Positions 1 to 13,330 of a stretch of DNA of 64,000 nucleotides are shown here, piece by piece. The position numbers and the translations under genes are program-made. The DNA is taken from NCBI GenBank assembly GCA_009914755.4, contig CP068257.2, forward strand, positions 33,440,001-33,504,000, given 5' to 3'. Positions within the stretch are counted from its first letter, which is position 1, and the number at the start of each line of letters is the position of its first letter. The stretch comes from the human T2T-CHM13v2.0 reference genome, Homo sapiens. The notes below the pieces were generated by a model that was given only the letters and a program-made list of their open reading frames with translations, was not told the origin of the DNA and did no database searches.

Positions 1-2049
1 ATTTCACTGAGTATTTATTTTCTAGCCATGGACAAGATGAACCTGGTTGGTTATACTTAGAAGAAGGTTTACAGTCTTATAAGCCATTCACATTGGAAAT
101 GAATGAATAGCAAATACTGAAAGCACAGGTATGGCCAGGATTAAAACTAGGGTAAGGTGAGTGAGGCTCCCAGGATGCAAAATTTAAAGAGGCATCGACT
201 CTCAGTGTCGACCCCGTGTCGCACAACCTGAAGGGTGAGGGCTTCCTTAAATTTTGCACCTTAGGTGCCTCTCTTGCCTTGCCATTGTCCTGACCTTGGG
301 TATGGCTCATGAAACTAAGCAGAGACCATGAGCTGGGCAGAGGGCGGTGTCTGAGTCAGGAAGGGGTTTTGTGGCTGAAAAACTTGTAGCCACAAAATAA
401 TGGAGTCCTGAGCTGGACCTTGACAACATATGCAAGTTTCATTTTGTCTGTACTAGACGTGTACAGTTTTGACCGACAAAAGAACAGGGGGAGGAGAAAG
501 AAGGGGAAGGGCTATGAGGTGAAAGGCAGATCAGAAATAAGCCCAGCTTGGAAGAAAGTGAGGATCCCAACCTGGCAGAGAAAGAGGAGCTGATGAAGGA
601 GACTAGAGAAGGACCCGTCTGGAAATACAGAACTTGGTCCAAGTAAAGGAGGACCTTGAAGGTCAGGCTGACAAATTTGCTTTTATTCTGTGCATAATGG
701 GGAGTCACCAAAACCCAGGAAAGTGAGGGGATGAAATCAGAACTTTTGGAAAATTGATCCAGTAGTGGCATCTATGATTATTTGATTAATCTATTGACTC
801 TTGATAGCAGAGGTCTTGGCTATTTTTGCTCATTACTGTATCTCCAGCATCTATCACTGTGTTTGATATGCAGAAACTTTTTGATGAATGAATTAATGGA
901 TAAATGGATGGATGAGGCTTTATTAGGACTAGAGGCTGGGGAACCAGAGGTTGTAGTATTCAGCTATGGAGTAACGAGCTCCTTAACTAAGGATGTGGGT
1001 AGCAGGAATGGAAAGCAATGGGACTGTGATAGTTGACTGCATTAAGAGCCTCAGTTTTTTGGACCTCCTTGTAATCTTTCCCTTTGCCCTGTAACTGTGG
1101 TCTCATCCCACTCTGACCCTGAGCTTGGCCTTATGACTTGCTTTGGGACAGTCACAAACTTGATGTAACCAGAGGCTTAAAATGGAAAAGTGCTTCCACA
1201 TCAGAATATGCTGGGCTGGTGTATGGGAAGGTGAGACACATGGAAGACAAGAGCCAGTCTTCCCAGCTGAGGCTATCCTAGACCAGCTGATAGCTAGCTG
1301 ACCACTGGCCACTTAACTGAGCTCCAGCCCAATGTAGAAGAACTGGCCAGCCAAACCCAGCCATGACCAGCAGACTGCCTTGCTTTCTCATAGAAACACG
1401 ATCAATAATACAGGATTGTTGTTTCAAGCCATAGAGTTATTGGGTGGCTTGTAAGACTGAATTATTGTGGCAATAGTTCCTGCAGAAGAGGTAGAGATTC
1501 TGAAAGCATCAGAATGGAGCTGCAGCTGTGGCTGCAAGACTGAGTCAGTTAATTTGCAAAGTAAAAGAGAATATAAAACTGAAGGTGGGGAATGAATAAA
1601 AGAAAGGAGTAGGAGGAGAAAGGAGCCAGAGGAAGGCTGGCAAGTGAAGTAGGACAAAGATAAAGGGAGTACAGTGCAAGCCAAGGGAGGAAGAATTGTC
1701 AAGGGAGGGAAGGGAAACAGAGTTAGATGCTGAAAACAGAGAGGCATGAAAAACAAAGACTATGGAAAGGTCAACAGATTTGATAAGAAAGAGTTACTTG
1801 AGGTCTGTTCCTTCATGACACCTCATCAGACTAAACAGAAGGGTGACATCCAATTTTGCTGGCATGCAGATGAGCAGTTCTTCCTCTGCTTGAATAGAAA
1901 GTTAATATGAAGTTAATGATTACTCTTTTGATGTTGTTCGAATATATATGTTGATTATATGGCTTTTCTGTTTCAATTTAATTCAAAAATATTAATATAG
2001 CATGTACTTGATAGAACAGAGATAAATTACATGTAAAGAAAGATTTTGA

Positions 2050-4044
2050 GTACTCCTTGTTCCTGCTTTTTTTAAAAAATTTTTTATTCTTATTTTTAAT
2101 TCAAGTTTTATTTTAGGTATAGAGGGTACATGTGCAGATTTGTTACATGGGTGTGTTGTACCCAGGTAGTGAGCATAGTACCTAATATGCAGTTTTTTAA
2201 TCCACAGCCCACCTCCTTTCCCACTCTAGTAGTCTGCAGTGTCTATTATTCCCAAGTTTATGTCCATGTGTGCCCAGCATTTAGCTCCCATTTGTAAGCA
2301 AGAACATGTGGTATTTAGTTTTCTGTTCCTGCATTAATTCACTTAGCATTATGGCCTCTAGCTCTATCCATGTTGCTATAAAGGACATGATTTCACTCAT
2401 TTATGGCTGTGTGCTATTCCATGGTGTATGTGTACCATAGATTCTTTATCCAGGCTACCACTGACGGGCACCTAGGTTGATTCCATGTCTTTGCTGTTGT
2501 GAAAAGTGCAGCGATGAACATATGAGTGCATGTGTTTTTCGGGTATAATGATAGTAGCTCTGTTTCAAGTTCTTTGAGAAATCTCCAAACTGCTTTCCAT
2601 AGTGGCTGACCTAACTTGCATTCCTATCAATAGTTTATAAGCATTCTCTTTTTCCCACAGCCTCGCCAACATCTGTTGTTTTTTGACTTTTTAATAATAA
2701 CCATTCTGACTAGTGTGAGATGGTATCTCATTGTGGTTTTGATTTGCATTTCTCTGATGATTAGTTACAGTGAGCAATTTTTTTATGTTTTTGGGCCACA
2801 GATATGTCTTCTTTTGAGTAGTGTCTGTTTATGTCCTTTGCCCACTTTTTAATTGGTTGTTTTTTGATTGCTGATTTGTTTAAGTTCCTCATAGATTCTG
2901 GGTATTAGACTTTTGTCAGATGCATAGTTTGCAAATAATTTCTCCCATTCTGCAGGTTGTCTGTTTAATCCATTGATAGTTTCTTTTGCTGTGCAGAAGC
3001 TCTTTAGTTTAATTAGGACCCACTTGTCAATTTTTTTTTTTGTTTCAATTGCTTTTGGGGACTTAGCCAAAAGTTATTTGCCAAGACCAATGCTGAGAAG
3101 GGTATTTCTTAGGTTTTCTTCTAGGATTTTTATAGTTTGATACCTTACATTTAAATCTTTACCCCATCTTGAGTTAGTTTTGGTATATGGTGAGAGCTAA
3201 AGGTCCAGTTTCATTCTTCTGCATATGGCTAGCCAGAAATCCCAGCATCAGTCATTGAATAGGGAGTCCTTCCCCATTGCTTACTTCTGTTGGCTTTGTC
3301 AAAGGTCAGATGGTTCCAAGTGTGCAGCTTTATTTCTGAGTTTTCTATTCTGTTGCCTTGGTCTACATGTCTGTTTTTGTACCAGTACCATGATGTTTTG
3401 GTTACTATAGCCTTATACTGAAGGCTATACCCAACTTGAAGTTGGGTAGTGTGATGTCTTTGGCTTTCTTCTTTTTCCTTAGAATTGCTTTGGTTATTTG
3501 GGCTCTTTTTTGGTTCTATATAAATTTTATAATCGTTTTCTCTAATTCTGTGAAGAATGACATTGGTAGTTCGATAGGAATAGTGTTGTAAATTTCTATG
3601 GGCAGTATGGCCATTTTAACAATATTGACTCTTCCAACCTATGAGCATGGAATGTTTTTCGATTTATTTGTGTCACCTCTGATTTTTTTCCGTGGTATTT
3701 TGAAGTTCTCCTAGTACAGATCTTTCACCTCCTTGGTTAGCTGTATTCCTAGGTGTTTCATTTCCTTTGTGGCTATTGCACATGGGATTGTGTTCCTGAT
3801 TTGACTCTTAGCCTGGACATTATTCGTGTATAGATATGTTACTGATTTTTGTACACTGGTTTTGTATCCTGAAACCTTACTAAAATTGTCTATCAGTTAG
3901 TAGTCTTTTGGCAGAGTCTTAAGGGTTTCTCTATATAAAATCATATCACCAGTGAAGAGAGATAGTTTGTCTTCTTCTTTTCCTATTTGGATACCTTCTT
4001 TCTTTTGCCTGATTGCTTTGGCTAGGACTTCCAACAGCTAGATT
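2050..4044 (-). mobile_element. L1 (LINE-1) 3' portion, about 2 kb, 5'-truncated, antisense orientation
   Basis: The reverse complement matches the L1 ORF2 C-terminus and 3' UTR, with a T-rich tail at the left end near 2050-2100. The 73-aa ORF at 2849-3070(-) reads as an L1 ORF2 C-terminal peptide (..[17 protein letters not shown]..). The element ends at the ORF2 motif ttggaagtcctagcc at ~4044. Confidence 0.9.
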
Positions 4045-6219
4045 TTGAAAGCATGTTCGAGATGGGCTGTTGTGGGGTAAATAGGGATGGTCCTTCAAAA
4101 AGAAGGACAGTTCACAGCAGCTGTAGGTGATGAGTCTTGGCAGGATGCTGTGGCCACTGGTGCTATTAAGATATGATGAATATGGGATAACAGAGTGAGG
4201 TGTCCAGGGATTTCCAAAGAGTGTTCAAGAACTATTTGGACACCTGATCCTCAGGGAAGATATAAAAAGGTCAAGAGTGGGCACTGAAGAAGGAAGTCTT
4301 TGAAGAGAGTGATTGAAATGTAACTGATGCACTCGTCTTCTCCGACCTTAGTGACCAAAGCATAGAGGGGAGCCTGTCTGTCACATGAAATCTAGCAAGA
4401 GGGGCTTGAATCGGATCATGCAGGGAGCATGCGTCCATCAGTCGAGGTCTGACTTATCCCCTGGGAGAGTGGAAGTGTCCTCTTGTAAAGTAGGATAGAC
4501 AGGGATAGCATTAGGAACTTCCCACATGCCCCTTTAGGAATCCTCAAATATGGAATCCCTAAACGAGATGTTGGCTAGGCATTGTTTTAAAAGGGATTTT
4601 GCCTAAGAAGGTGGACTTTTCAGGCAAGGAGATTTTAGCCCAAAGAGGTTATGATACAGACCACTGGGAGCAGCAGCCAAGAAGGAAGGGAGGAGGGGCC
4701 GATAGCCTAGAGAGGGTACAGCTTCTGTAAGGGCAGTTTCAGCAGAAGGACCCTAATGGGAGTGCCAATCAATGTGGAACCCATGAGAGTACACAGGGCA
4801 GAAGCAATTGGCAATAAACATCTATGAGGCCCAGAGAGAGCTGAGCCATCTGATACTAGCAGCAGACAAGCAGCCTCCCCATCCTCCTCCCTGTCTCCCT
4901 TCACCCTCCCCAGCATGGCAGTGTGAGATGTCTTGGTTAGCAAGGAGTAAGGGTGGATGGAGGAATCTAGGCTGCTGGAAGAAAGGAGCTTGGCCACATT
5001 CCATTAACCCAACCAAGCAGTCGCCCCAGTAGGCTCCAACTGTGGCTATGGGAGTCAAATCAAGTTTTCAGTTTTGATGATTTGAGATTCTGCGATTTAG
5101 AGTGACCATAGGACTTTTCTTATCTAAGTGAGAGGCAGAGAAAGGATCGCCCACATTGAATATATTTAAAAGAATAGTGAAAGACAAAAATCAAGTGAGT
5201 TTTCAAAAAGTGGAAACAATACAATGTGTCCATTGAGTCGAATGGATGAATGGATAGAAAAAATGTGGCGTACATGTAAAGTGAAATATTATTCTGTCCT
5301 AAGAAGAAGTGAAATTGTGATGTGCACTACAACACGGGTGGACATTAAAAGCATTATATTTAGTGAAATCATCCAGACACAGAAGGACAAATATTGTACG
5401 ATTCTACTTATGTAAGGTAGCCAAAATAGACAAATTCATAGAGACAGAAGGTAGAATAGAGGCTACCAGGGGCTGACAGGTTGAGGGAAAGGCAAACCAT
5501 TGTTGGATGAGCATAGAATTTCAGATTGGAAAGATAAAATTCTGGAGATGGATAGCAGTGATAGTCGCTTAACAAAGTGAATGTAATTAATGGCACAGAA
5601 TTGCACACGAATGAATAGTTAAAATGATAAATATTATGTATATTTTACCACAATAAAAAAAATTAAGTGGCTTGTATGATTAGAATTCTTTGTGTTTAAA
5701 ATAACTCTTTATATCCATGATAAGACTCTTATATAATGGTTTATATAATGGTCTGTACATCTTCTGGGTGAGTAGCAGTGGATTTATTTATTAATTATTA
5801 CTCATCCCCTTCCCCTTATCAATGCTGGGTTGGACAGTTGGATATAGATATGGCCAAGACCCGGCTCTTGGCTTTAGGTGATTGGGTTAGTGTAGTCTAT
5901 CTTTTGTCGTGAGACCCTCAAGAAGGCTTGTTTAATTCAGTGTGCAACACAGTTAATATAATACTTCTTAACTCATTGGCATTACTAAATCTTTATTATT
6001 TTTATGATAATTAGAGGAAGCAATTAGAAGACTGTCCAGCAAAATGATTCTTCAGAAAGTTTCTGATTTAGCTGCATTCTCTGTGGCACTCTATACCTGC
6101 TGTCTACTTACAGAGGAACGTAGAGTTGTGTCTTAATTGAGAAAAATAAAACTTAAAATCATTTTTTTCTAGAATATAAATTACTATTATTAGGGTTGAC
6201 TGCAAAAACTCTACAGACC

Positions 6220-6370
6220 CACAAACTCAGACACACACACAAACACATACACACATACATACACACACAAACACAAACACACACACAAACACACATACAC
6301 AAACACACACACACAAACACACACAAACACACACACACAAACACACACACACACACACACACACACGCGC
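6220..6370. repeat. Compound (AC)n/(ACAAAC)n microsatellite, about 150 bp
   Basis: Direct read of acacacacacaaacacatacacac... ending in gcgc. The Cys/Val-rich ORFs at 6159-6433 are translation artefacts of this repeat. Confidence 0.9.
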
Positions 6371-7221
6371 TTTAGTCCAGGATATTGATTTCACTTTAAA
6401 CTCTGGCCTCACTTGGCACGAATGTTTGGGCAAGCCCTAACATATTACCTTTGGGTATTCCCCATTCCTGTAGTTAGTCAACCACACAGAGGGCAGATCT
6501 AGAGGAGATAACTGATTTAATGATAAGTTAAAGGATTAATCCTTTTTCTGCAGCATCTTAATATGCAGAGATTATCTTGTCTGATGCCTGAGTTATAAAT
6601 ATATTGCCACTCGTGTTTAATCCCACACACCACCTATCTTTTCCTTGAATCTACTCAAGTGTTCAACAACAGCCTTCTAGGTTTCTGCCTCCCAGGTAAT
6701 TCAGATGAAACCAGGAAATCATGCTGATAAAATAGTTTCATCCTGCTTGGAATTGCGTACCTCGCAGTGCACCCTTTTCAGAGAAGCTAAAGGAAATTCA
6801 AAATAAGAGATGGAGTCATGACTCGGGGATGACAACTATGTCTCTGTGTTCTGCTGTATTCAGGACAGTGTGGATCATGGACTACCTAGGACCTGCTTCT
6901 GAAGGTAGTGAGAAGCAGACTCAACCATGAATTCCTTTAGACTCAGAACCCTTCACCTATTAATATATACAACATACACACATTTTAACTCCAAGACTTC
7001 CATTTTTATTCCTATCACTTATCCAATCTAGGGAGCTTTAGCTTACCCTCTCTTTTTGAGTGGACTGAAAACATTTGGATAAATCAGGTGATTCCACCGT
7101 ACTTCAAACCCTCACCTTAATGGAGAAACATATTTTTGGCCCATCACTTCCTTTGAATTTCAAGTTTATCCCTACCAAGGACATATTTCTCTGATGTACT
7201 AAGGGTAGGCTTGCCAGACTT

Positions 7222-7264
7222 AGCAAAACAAAACAAAACAAAACAGAAAAACAAACAAAAAACA
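7222..7264. repeat. (CAAAA)n pentanucleotide microsatellite
   Basis: aaaacaaaacaaaacaaaacagaaaaacaaacaaaaaacag. Confidence 0.8.
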
Positions 7265-7689
7265 GCATGTATTGTTAACTCTGAAGTTTTGAGAAACAAT
7301 GAATGAGTTTTTAGCATGTCCCAAATACAGCATGGGACACGGGTAAAGAATTATTCATTGCTTGTTTGTAATTCAAACTTAACTGGGCAGATTTAATTCA
7401 TTTACTTTAATTCATTTAATCTGGCAATCCCTGTTGACAGCCAAGATGTGAGACATGCATGTGGACACATTTCACCTAAGAAACAGAAAGCTTTGGGGGT
7501 TTATTTAAACATACAGGAGAAGATAATAGAGTACGCCATTGAACTTCAATCACTGCAGGCTGCTGTGGATTTTTTTTTTTCCTTTTTTCTTGCATCCTTT
7601 TCAAGGACCTGGAGAAGTGTTAAATACCAGGCTCACCCTGCTAATGGTTTACCCACCAGTAAGAAACAATGGCAAAAGGGATCATTTAC

Positions 7690-7990
7690 CTTGTTTTCTC
7701 CATGCGGGACTCACCTGCTTTCGGGTCCAGGCGAACTCGCTGTGGTATTGTTCTTCTCTGCTAGGTTTCCAAAGGAGAGCCCAGGCGCGTTAATTGCTGG
7801 GTGGCAGCTACACTAAATGCAAGTGGACGACAGCTGGGTGCCGGGCTCGCTCTGCAAGAGAAGGTTTGGGTTTCCATTGTAGTCCGCATCATAATCCGCA
7901 CCCTTCCATCTGCACTAACTGTTGTTTTAGGTCTCAAGTAATTGGCTGGAGCTGAAAACATAAACACCTCCACGCGCTTGCCCTTATCAT
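7690..7990. promoter_or_regulatory. Small CpG-enriched, non-repetitive block (candidate unmethylated regulatory element or promoter)
   Basis: I counted about 13 CpG in ~300 bp at ~50% GC (obs/exp ~0.7), against a strongly CpG-depleted background. Two GGGCGG GC-box motifs lie downstream at ~8062 and ~8108, and TAATTG/AATTGG homeobox-like motifs are present. This is sequence composition only. Confidence 0.3.
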
Positions 7991-8397
7991 TTTCTTTTTA
8001 TGTTGGTTTAGGAAATACACCTGAGAGACCAAATGCATACAATGAATCCAGCAATTACCAACCACCATGGGCGGACAGCAAATGCTCAAACAACAAAACA
8101 CCCAAGGATGGGCGGCTGCTGGCTTCTGACTTTCCTCATGGGGATGGGGGTCCCAGATCTGGGTCTAGGACTCCCTCCCACTTCTGTCCTGGGACAGCTG
8201 ATTTCAATACTGCCAAAGACGTGGAACTTTTCTTAAGAAGGTTCTCTCCTGATTTATTTTGAGTAAACAACTGATACAGGTTATGTATAGTGCTGGGAAA
8301 ACTAATGCAGAGAAAGAGGAGGGACATAACTAGTTTTGTTGTCATCTGTGGAACATTTAATTGCAAAATTGTTGAAAGGAAAATTAGACCTCTCTTT

Positions 8398-8417
8398 CCC
8401 CCTCCCCCCCCCCCCCC
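8398..8417. repeat. Poly-C homopolymer tract (C5 T C14)
   Basis: ccccctcccccccccccccc read directly. Confidence 0.9.
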
Positions 8418-8599
8418 AAGTATGGCTTTGGCAGAAAAATCCCAAAGAAAATTAGAAAGTGGAGATTAAGGGTGAAGATAGGGAGAGACATTCAAAAACA
8501 CCACCACCATTTCATACCTTTGGGGCTGAGTTCTTTAGTCATTCAACAAGCATTTCTTGACCACATTCTATGTATTGGACACCGTTTTACTGAGCAAGA

Positions 8600-8890
8600 C
8601 AATTTAGAATGAGGTTGTGAACATGAACTTGGAGCTACCTGGGTTTGTAATCCCAGTTCAGCCACCTACTAGCTACGTGTCCTTGAGCCATCTACTTAAA
8701 CTATCTGTGCCTCCTTTCTCTCACTTGTTGAATGGAAATAATACCATTAAGTCCTTCATAAGGTCTCTGTGAAATGGAAATAATAATATTTCTTACCCCA
8801 TAGGGTCATTGTGAGGATTAAATTGGTTAATGCCTGTGAAGCACTTAGAAAAATTCTTGGTACATATTAACTACCAAGTACATATTAGCT
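8600..8890 (+). mobile_element. MIR SINE (ancient tRNA-derived SINE) with a short internal tandem duplication
   Basis: Matches the MIR core ctgggtt..atcccagttcagccacctactagctacgtgtccttgagcca..tctgtgcctc.. and ..catagggtcattgtgaggattaaattggttaatg..cacttagaa. The segment aatggaaataata occurs twice in tandem. Confidence 0.75.
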
Positions 8891-9570
8891 CTTATTTGGT
8901 GGTGATGTTGTGTTGCTGTTTAACATGAACGAATGTGCCATGTGACATTTTGCGTAAATGATGATGAAAGGGAAGAAACATTACCCCAAACCTATTAGTG
9001 AAAGACTGGGTAGACATGGTTTTTACTCATGCTCCCTCCTGCAGATAGTAAATTACTTAGGAAGTTGTTTTTGTCACTTTCTACTTTGGTCCCCAAACAT
9101 CAAGAACATGGTTTCTTTAAATAATTCTTGAAAAATTGTTAGAACAACAATGATATGGGCTATCCATAGGAACATGTAGAAAGCATGTTTGCAATCACCT
9201 ACCTGAAAATTAGAATTATCATCTTGGGTATGTTAAATTGAATTAAGTTTGGCCCAAAGCTGCCTCCATCCATATTTTAAGGTTGGCCTAACAGCTTCTC
9301 CACGCATAGCAAACTGTAACCTAACCTGATGGTTAAACAGACAGTAGCCTACGATTGTAACAAGTAGCCAAGTCTCAGTCAATCTGAGCAGTTGAGTTTC
9401 AGCCAATCATGGGGACCAACTGTTCAACCTGTGTTCTTAAAAGGCGAACACTGAGCTATCACCAATTCAGCTGTTTCTGTACCCACTTCTATTTTGTGTA
9501 CGTCACTTTTCTTTTTCTGTCTGTAAATATTATCCATGCAGCAGTCCTGGGGTTGCTCTGAATCTATTCT

Positions 9571-9604
9571 GGTTTGGGGGTGGGGCGGGGTGGGGGGGTG
9601 CCCG
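9571..9604 (+). other. G-quadruplex-forming G-run cluster
   Basis: ggtttgggggtggggcggggtgggggggtgcccg contains four or more runs of G>=4 separated by 1-nt loops. Confidence 0.6.
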
Positions 9605-10034
9605 ATTCATGAGTCGTTGTTTGTTCCTACATTCTGTTAAATTGAACGTGTCTAAAGTTTTTCTTTGAACAGGTAGTGGGACTGAGCTACTATTCAGAAT
9701 ATTCTCTGTGCCCCACTGTGGCTCGCCATCATACCTTCTGTATCTTTTGCTTATCTTCCTGTCATGAGACTAGCAAGGTCTTGACAGCACTCACCTGAAG
9801 CCATCAATCAATCAACTGAGGAAGACATCAATCTCTGTGATTGTAAACTACTGAGATCGGGTAGTTTGTGTAGTTTGTGGCCTTAATCTAGCCCACCCTG
9901 ACTGACACATTGACTCTAACCAATGACCACCTAACCCATTGTTTTATCTTTATTTGATGCCAGGATTGCCTTTTTGTTAGTTGGTTGACTCTTACAGGAA
10001 GAGTAGATGTTCATGTATTAAAAAGTAAAGCTTG

Positions 10035-10337
10035 GCCAGGTGCGGTGGCTCACGCCTGTAATCCCAGCACTTTGGGAGGCCGAGGTGGGCGGATCACGAG
10101 TTCAGGAGTTCAAGATCAGCCTGGCCAACATGGTGAAACCCTGTCTCTACTAAAAATACAAAAATTAGCTGGGGGTGGTGGCGCATGCCTGTAATCCTAG
10201 CTACTCAGCAGGCTGAGGCAGGAGGATTGCTTGAACCCGGGAGGCGGAGGTTGCAGTGAGCTGAGATAGCACCACTGCACTCCAGCCAGGGTGACAGAAT
10301 GAGAGTCTGTCTCAGAAAAAAAAAAAAAAAAAAAAAA
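10035..10337 (+). mobile_element. Alu SINE (AluS-like), full length with an A17 tail
   Basis: ggccaggtgcggtggctcacgcctgtaatcccagcactttgggaggccgaggtgggcggatcac...gtctcag(a)n. Approximate flanking duplication aaagctt/aaggctt. Confidence 0.95.
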
Positions 10338-11689
10338 GGAAGGCTTACATCCCAAATAATTTGTGTTTCCTTAGTAAATTACTATGGATCCGCTACCCAT
10401 GCATTCATCTAAGTTCACCATCATTTTACTTATTCACTTATTTAACAGACCTTCTGTTAGTAACTAGTTTATATTGGACTTGGGTCTTGGTTCTGGGGGA
10501 AGCAGGTAAGTGGTTCAGAAATGCGTAAAACAGGGTTCCTGTCCTCAGCATGCTTATCAAGAGTGCAAAAATCTGTTTTAGGTGACATAAAGTTCTAGAC
10601 ACTTATTTGCTGGGCAAAGTAGAGTTGTGTCCTACTTGTACCACTCTGTTTAAACTTCAAGCCCTTCCCCCTAGCTACCAATATTTTATGAGTTGGCATT
10701 GACTTAGTGGTTACTCTAATTTGTAGTCTTCACAAGGGTTAAAATGTAAATCACATCTTTTGCACCTTGACTTTTCAGACTAAACATGTGTGTTTATTTA
10801 AATTAATCTCTCATTGACTGTCCTCACTATCTTCATAATGTTAGTTACCCCTTATTTGGCTATTTAAACCTCAGTAGTTTTTTTCTCTTTGGGGCAGATA
10901 TCTAGCTTAAGCAAATCTCTCCAGATTTTGACACCCTGTGACTTTGTTGGTGAGTTTTCTCTGTAATTTTTTTATTTTTTCAAAAAATATCCAGATGATA
11001 AACACTGTAAATATATTTTTGATTTATGTCAATTTCTGGCCAGAATTTTCTAGATAATAACTTCAGTCTTCTGTTATTTTTCCCCTTGTCATTCACTCAT
11101 GCTTGGGATTTTATATGCACTGGGGTCTGGGATAAGGGAGTAAAATTTACTTAACTTTGAGCACATTGTCACTTTTTCCAGCATCTTGGGTATATTACAT
11201 ATCTTATTAATTGCCAAATGACTCCTCTTTTAATAAGTTCTCAAATCTTTTAGTAGATCTAAGCTCTTAAACAAATAAACCCAATATTTCTTGTAGACAT
11301 GGACAAATGAAGTTTTGCATTTCAACCAAAGTAAGAGAATAGTCTTTAAAACACATATAAAATAAGAATAATAACAGGAAATGTTTTCTCTTCCTCTAGT
11401 GATCATATTTTCACTTGGAAAGATTTTTTTACATGAACAGAAAAGGAAAGTAATAATCTTATTTATTTTAATTATCAAATTAACCATCGTTGATGACTTA
11501 TAAAATACTGCTGTTTTAAAAAAGAGAATTAAAAATTAATAAAAGACAAAAATATTTAATGTTGATGTCTTCAACTATGAAATGCATTAAGAGTTTGCTA
11601 GTTATATATTAGCTGCCATAGATTGACTCTCTCGCTAAGCACCTTACATGGATTACCTGATTTAATCTTCATAATCCCTTTTTCATCTT

Positions 11690-12160
<471 letters not shown>

Positions 12161-12804
12161 CAAGCTATTCTTTACCTTTCCTTTTTGTTTTTGTTCTTAA
12201 TCCAAGACTCAGTTAAGATAGGAAAGAAGAGATTTGTTTCAATAGGAATTCAAATTTCACATGCTTTGTAGATGAACACAAGGATCATTTGCTTCAGATT
12301 AATAGAAATATTTTCTCTAAAGTTCAGAGGGTTTGTAGGAGGTGGCTTCCAAATTTTCTTGTCTTTCTTGTCTCCACGATTTACATTGTTTATAAGGTGT
12401 TCAATTATACTACAAAGGGGCCATACATTTCTTTTGGAGATTTAAAATTATCGTTGAGGGATAATATAAGTTGACCATGTCCAGGCCTACTTTTTGTTTA
12501 TAAAAGTCAGAATACAGTTAGGTTACTTTAGATTTTATTCAATGAGAGAGGGTGTGAGTTAGCAGTTCTAGATTGTGCCGTAATTCAAAATGATCAATAA
12601 ATCTTTCCTTTCTCAAAATACTCTGAGCACTTTTTATCACTCATTAAATTAATATCGTGTACCACCCTAGACTATATAGCTATAGTCTTATCTTCCCTGA
12701 CAGATTGTAAAATTTGGAGGTTACAGGGGATATCTAATTCATTGCTCTGGTGCCTTTCAAAATTGGAAAGCTGTAGGAGCCCATCACGTTTTTGTTTAAG
12801 TGGT

Positions 12805-13330
12805 GTATCAGTTATCTATTGCTACAATCATGCTGCAGAACAAACATGCCAAAAACCTACGTGCATTCAACAATGAATGTTTATCATTGTTCACACCTTA
12901 TGCCTCAGCTGGGCAAATTTTCTGGTCTCAGCAGAGCTCACTCACGCAACTGTGGTCAGCTGAAGGTGGGTGAGCAGTTCTGTTGATATTGGCTGGGCTC
13001 TCTCACATGTTGGGGCCAGCTAGCCTAGGACAGCCTCAGCTGGGACACCTGGACTAACCTCCATGTGGTCTCTCATCCTCCAGGATGCTAGCACAGTCAC
13101 GTTCACATGGAAGTGACAGAGAAAGTAAGCAGAAATGTGTACAGCCTCTGCAGGTCTTAAAGCTTGGAACTGGCACATTGCTATATCAACTACATCCTAT
13201 TGGCCAAAGCAAGTCATAAGGCCAGCCCTGATTCAAAGGGTGGGAAATAGACTTTGTCTCTTAACTGGAAGAGATTCAAACTCACATTACAAAGGGTGTG
13301 TGTACAAGGAGGGCTGAAGAGTTGGGGTTA
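12805..13330 (-). mobile_element. ERVL-MaLR solo LTR (MLT1-type), antisense
   Basis: Begins ggtgtatcagttatctattgctacaa.., the reverse-complement form of a MaLR LTR 3' end (..tgtatcagtt.gctag.gctgc..aacaaa.taccacaaact..ggcttaaaacaac..). Confidence 0.55.

Noticed and set aside
2849-3070. 73-aa ORF resembling L1 ORF2 C-terminus, and a similar ORF at 36371-36574
   Set aside because: These are genuine remnants of L1 ORF2 but are short and 5'-truncated, with stop codons in the remainder of the element. They belong to dead L1 fragments, not functional retrotransposase genes.
6159-6433. Cys/Val-rich ORFs (MCVCVCVFVCV...), plus Tyr/Ile-rich ORFs at 15042-15299 and 58984-59333
   Set aside because: These are in-frame translations of (CA)n and (TA)n microsatellites, pure repeat artefacts.
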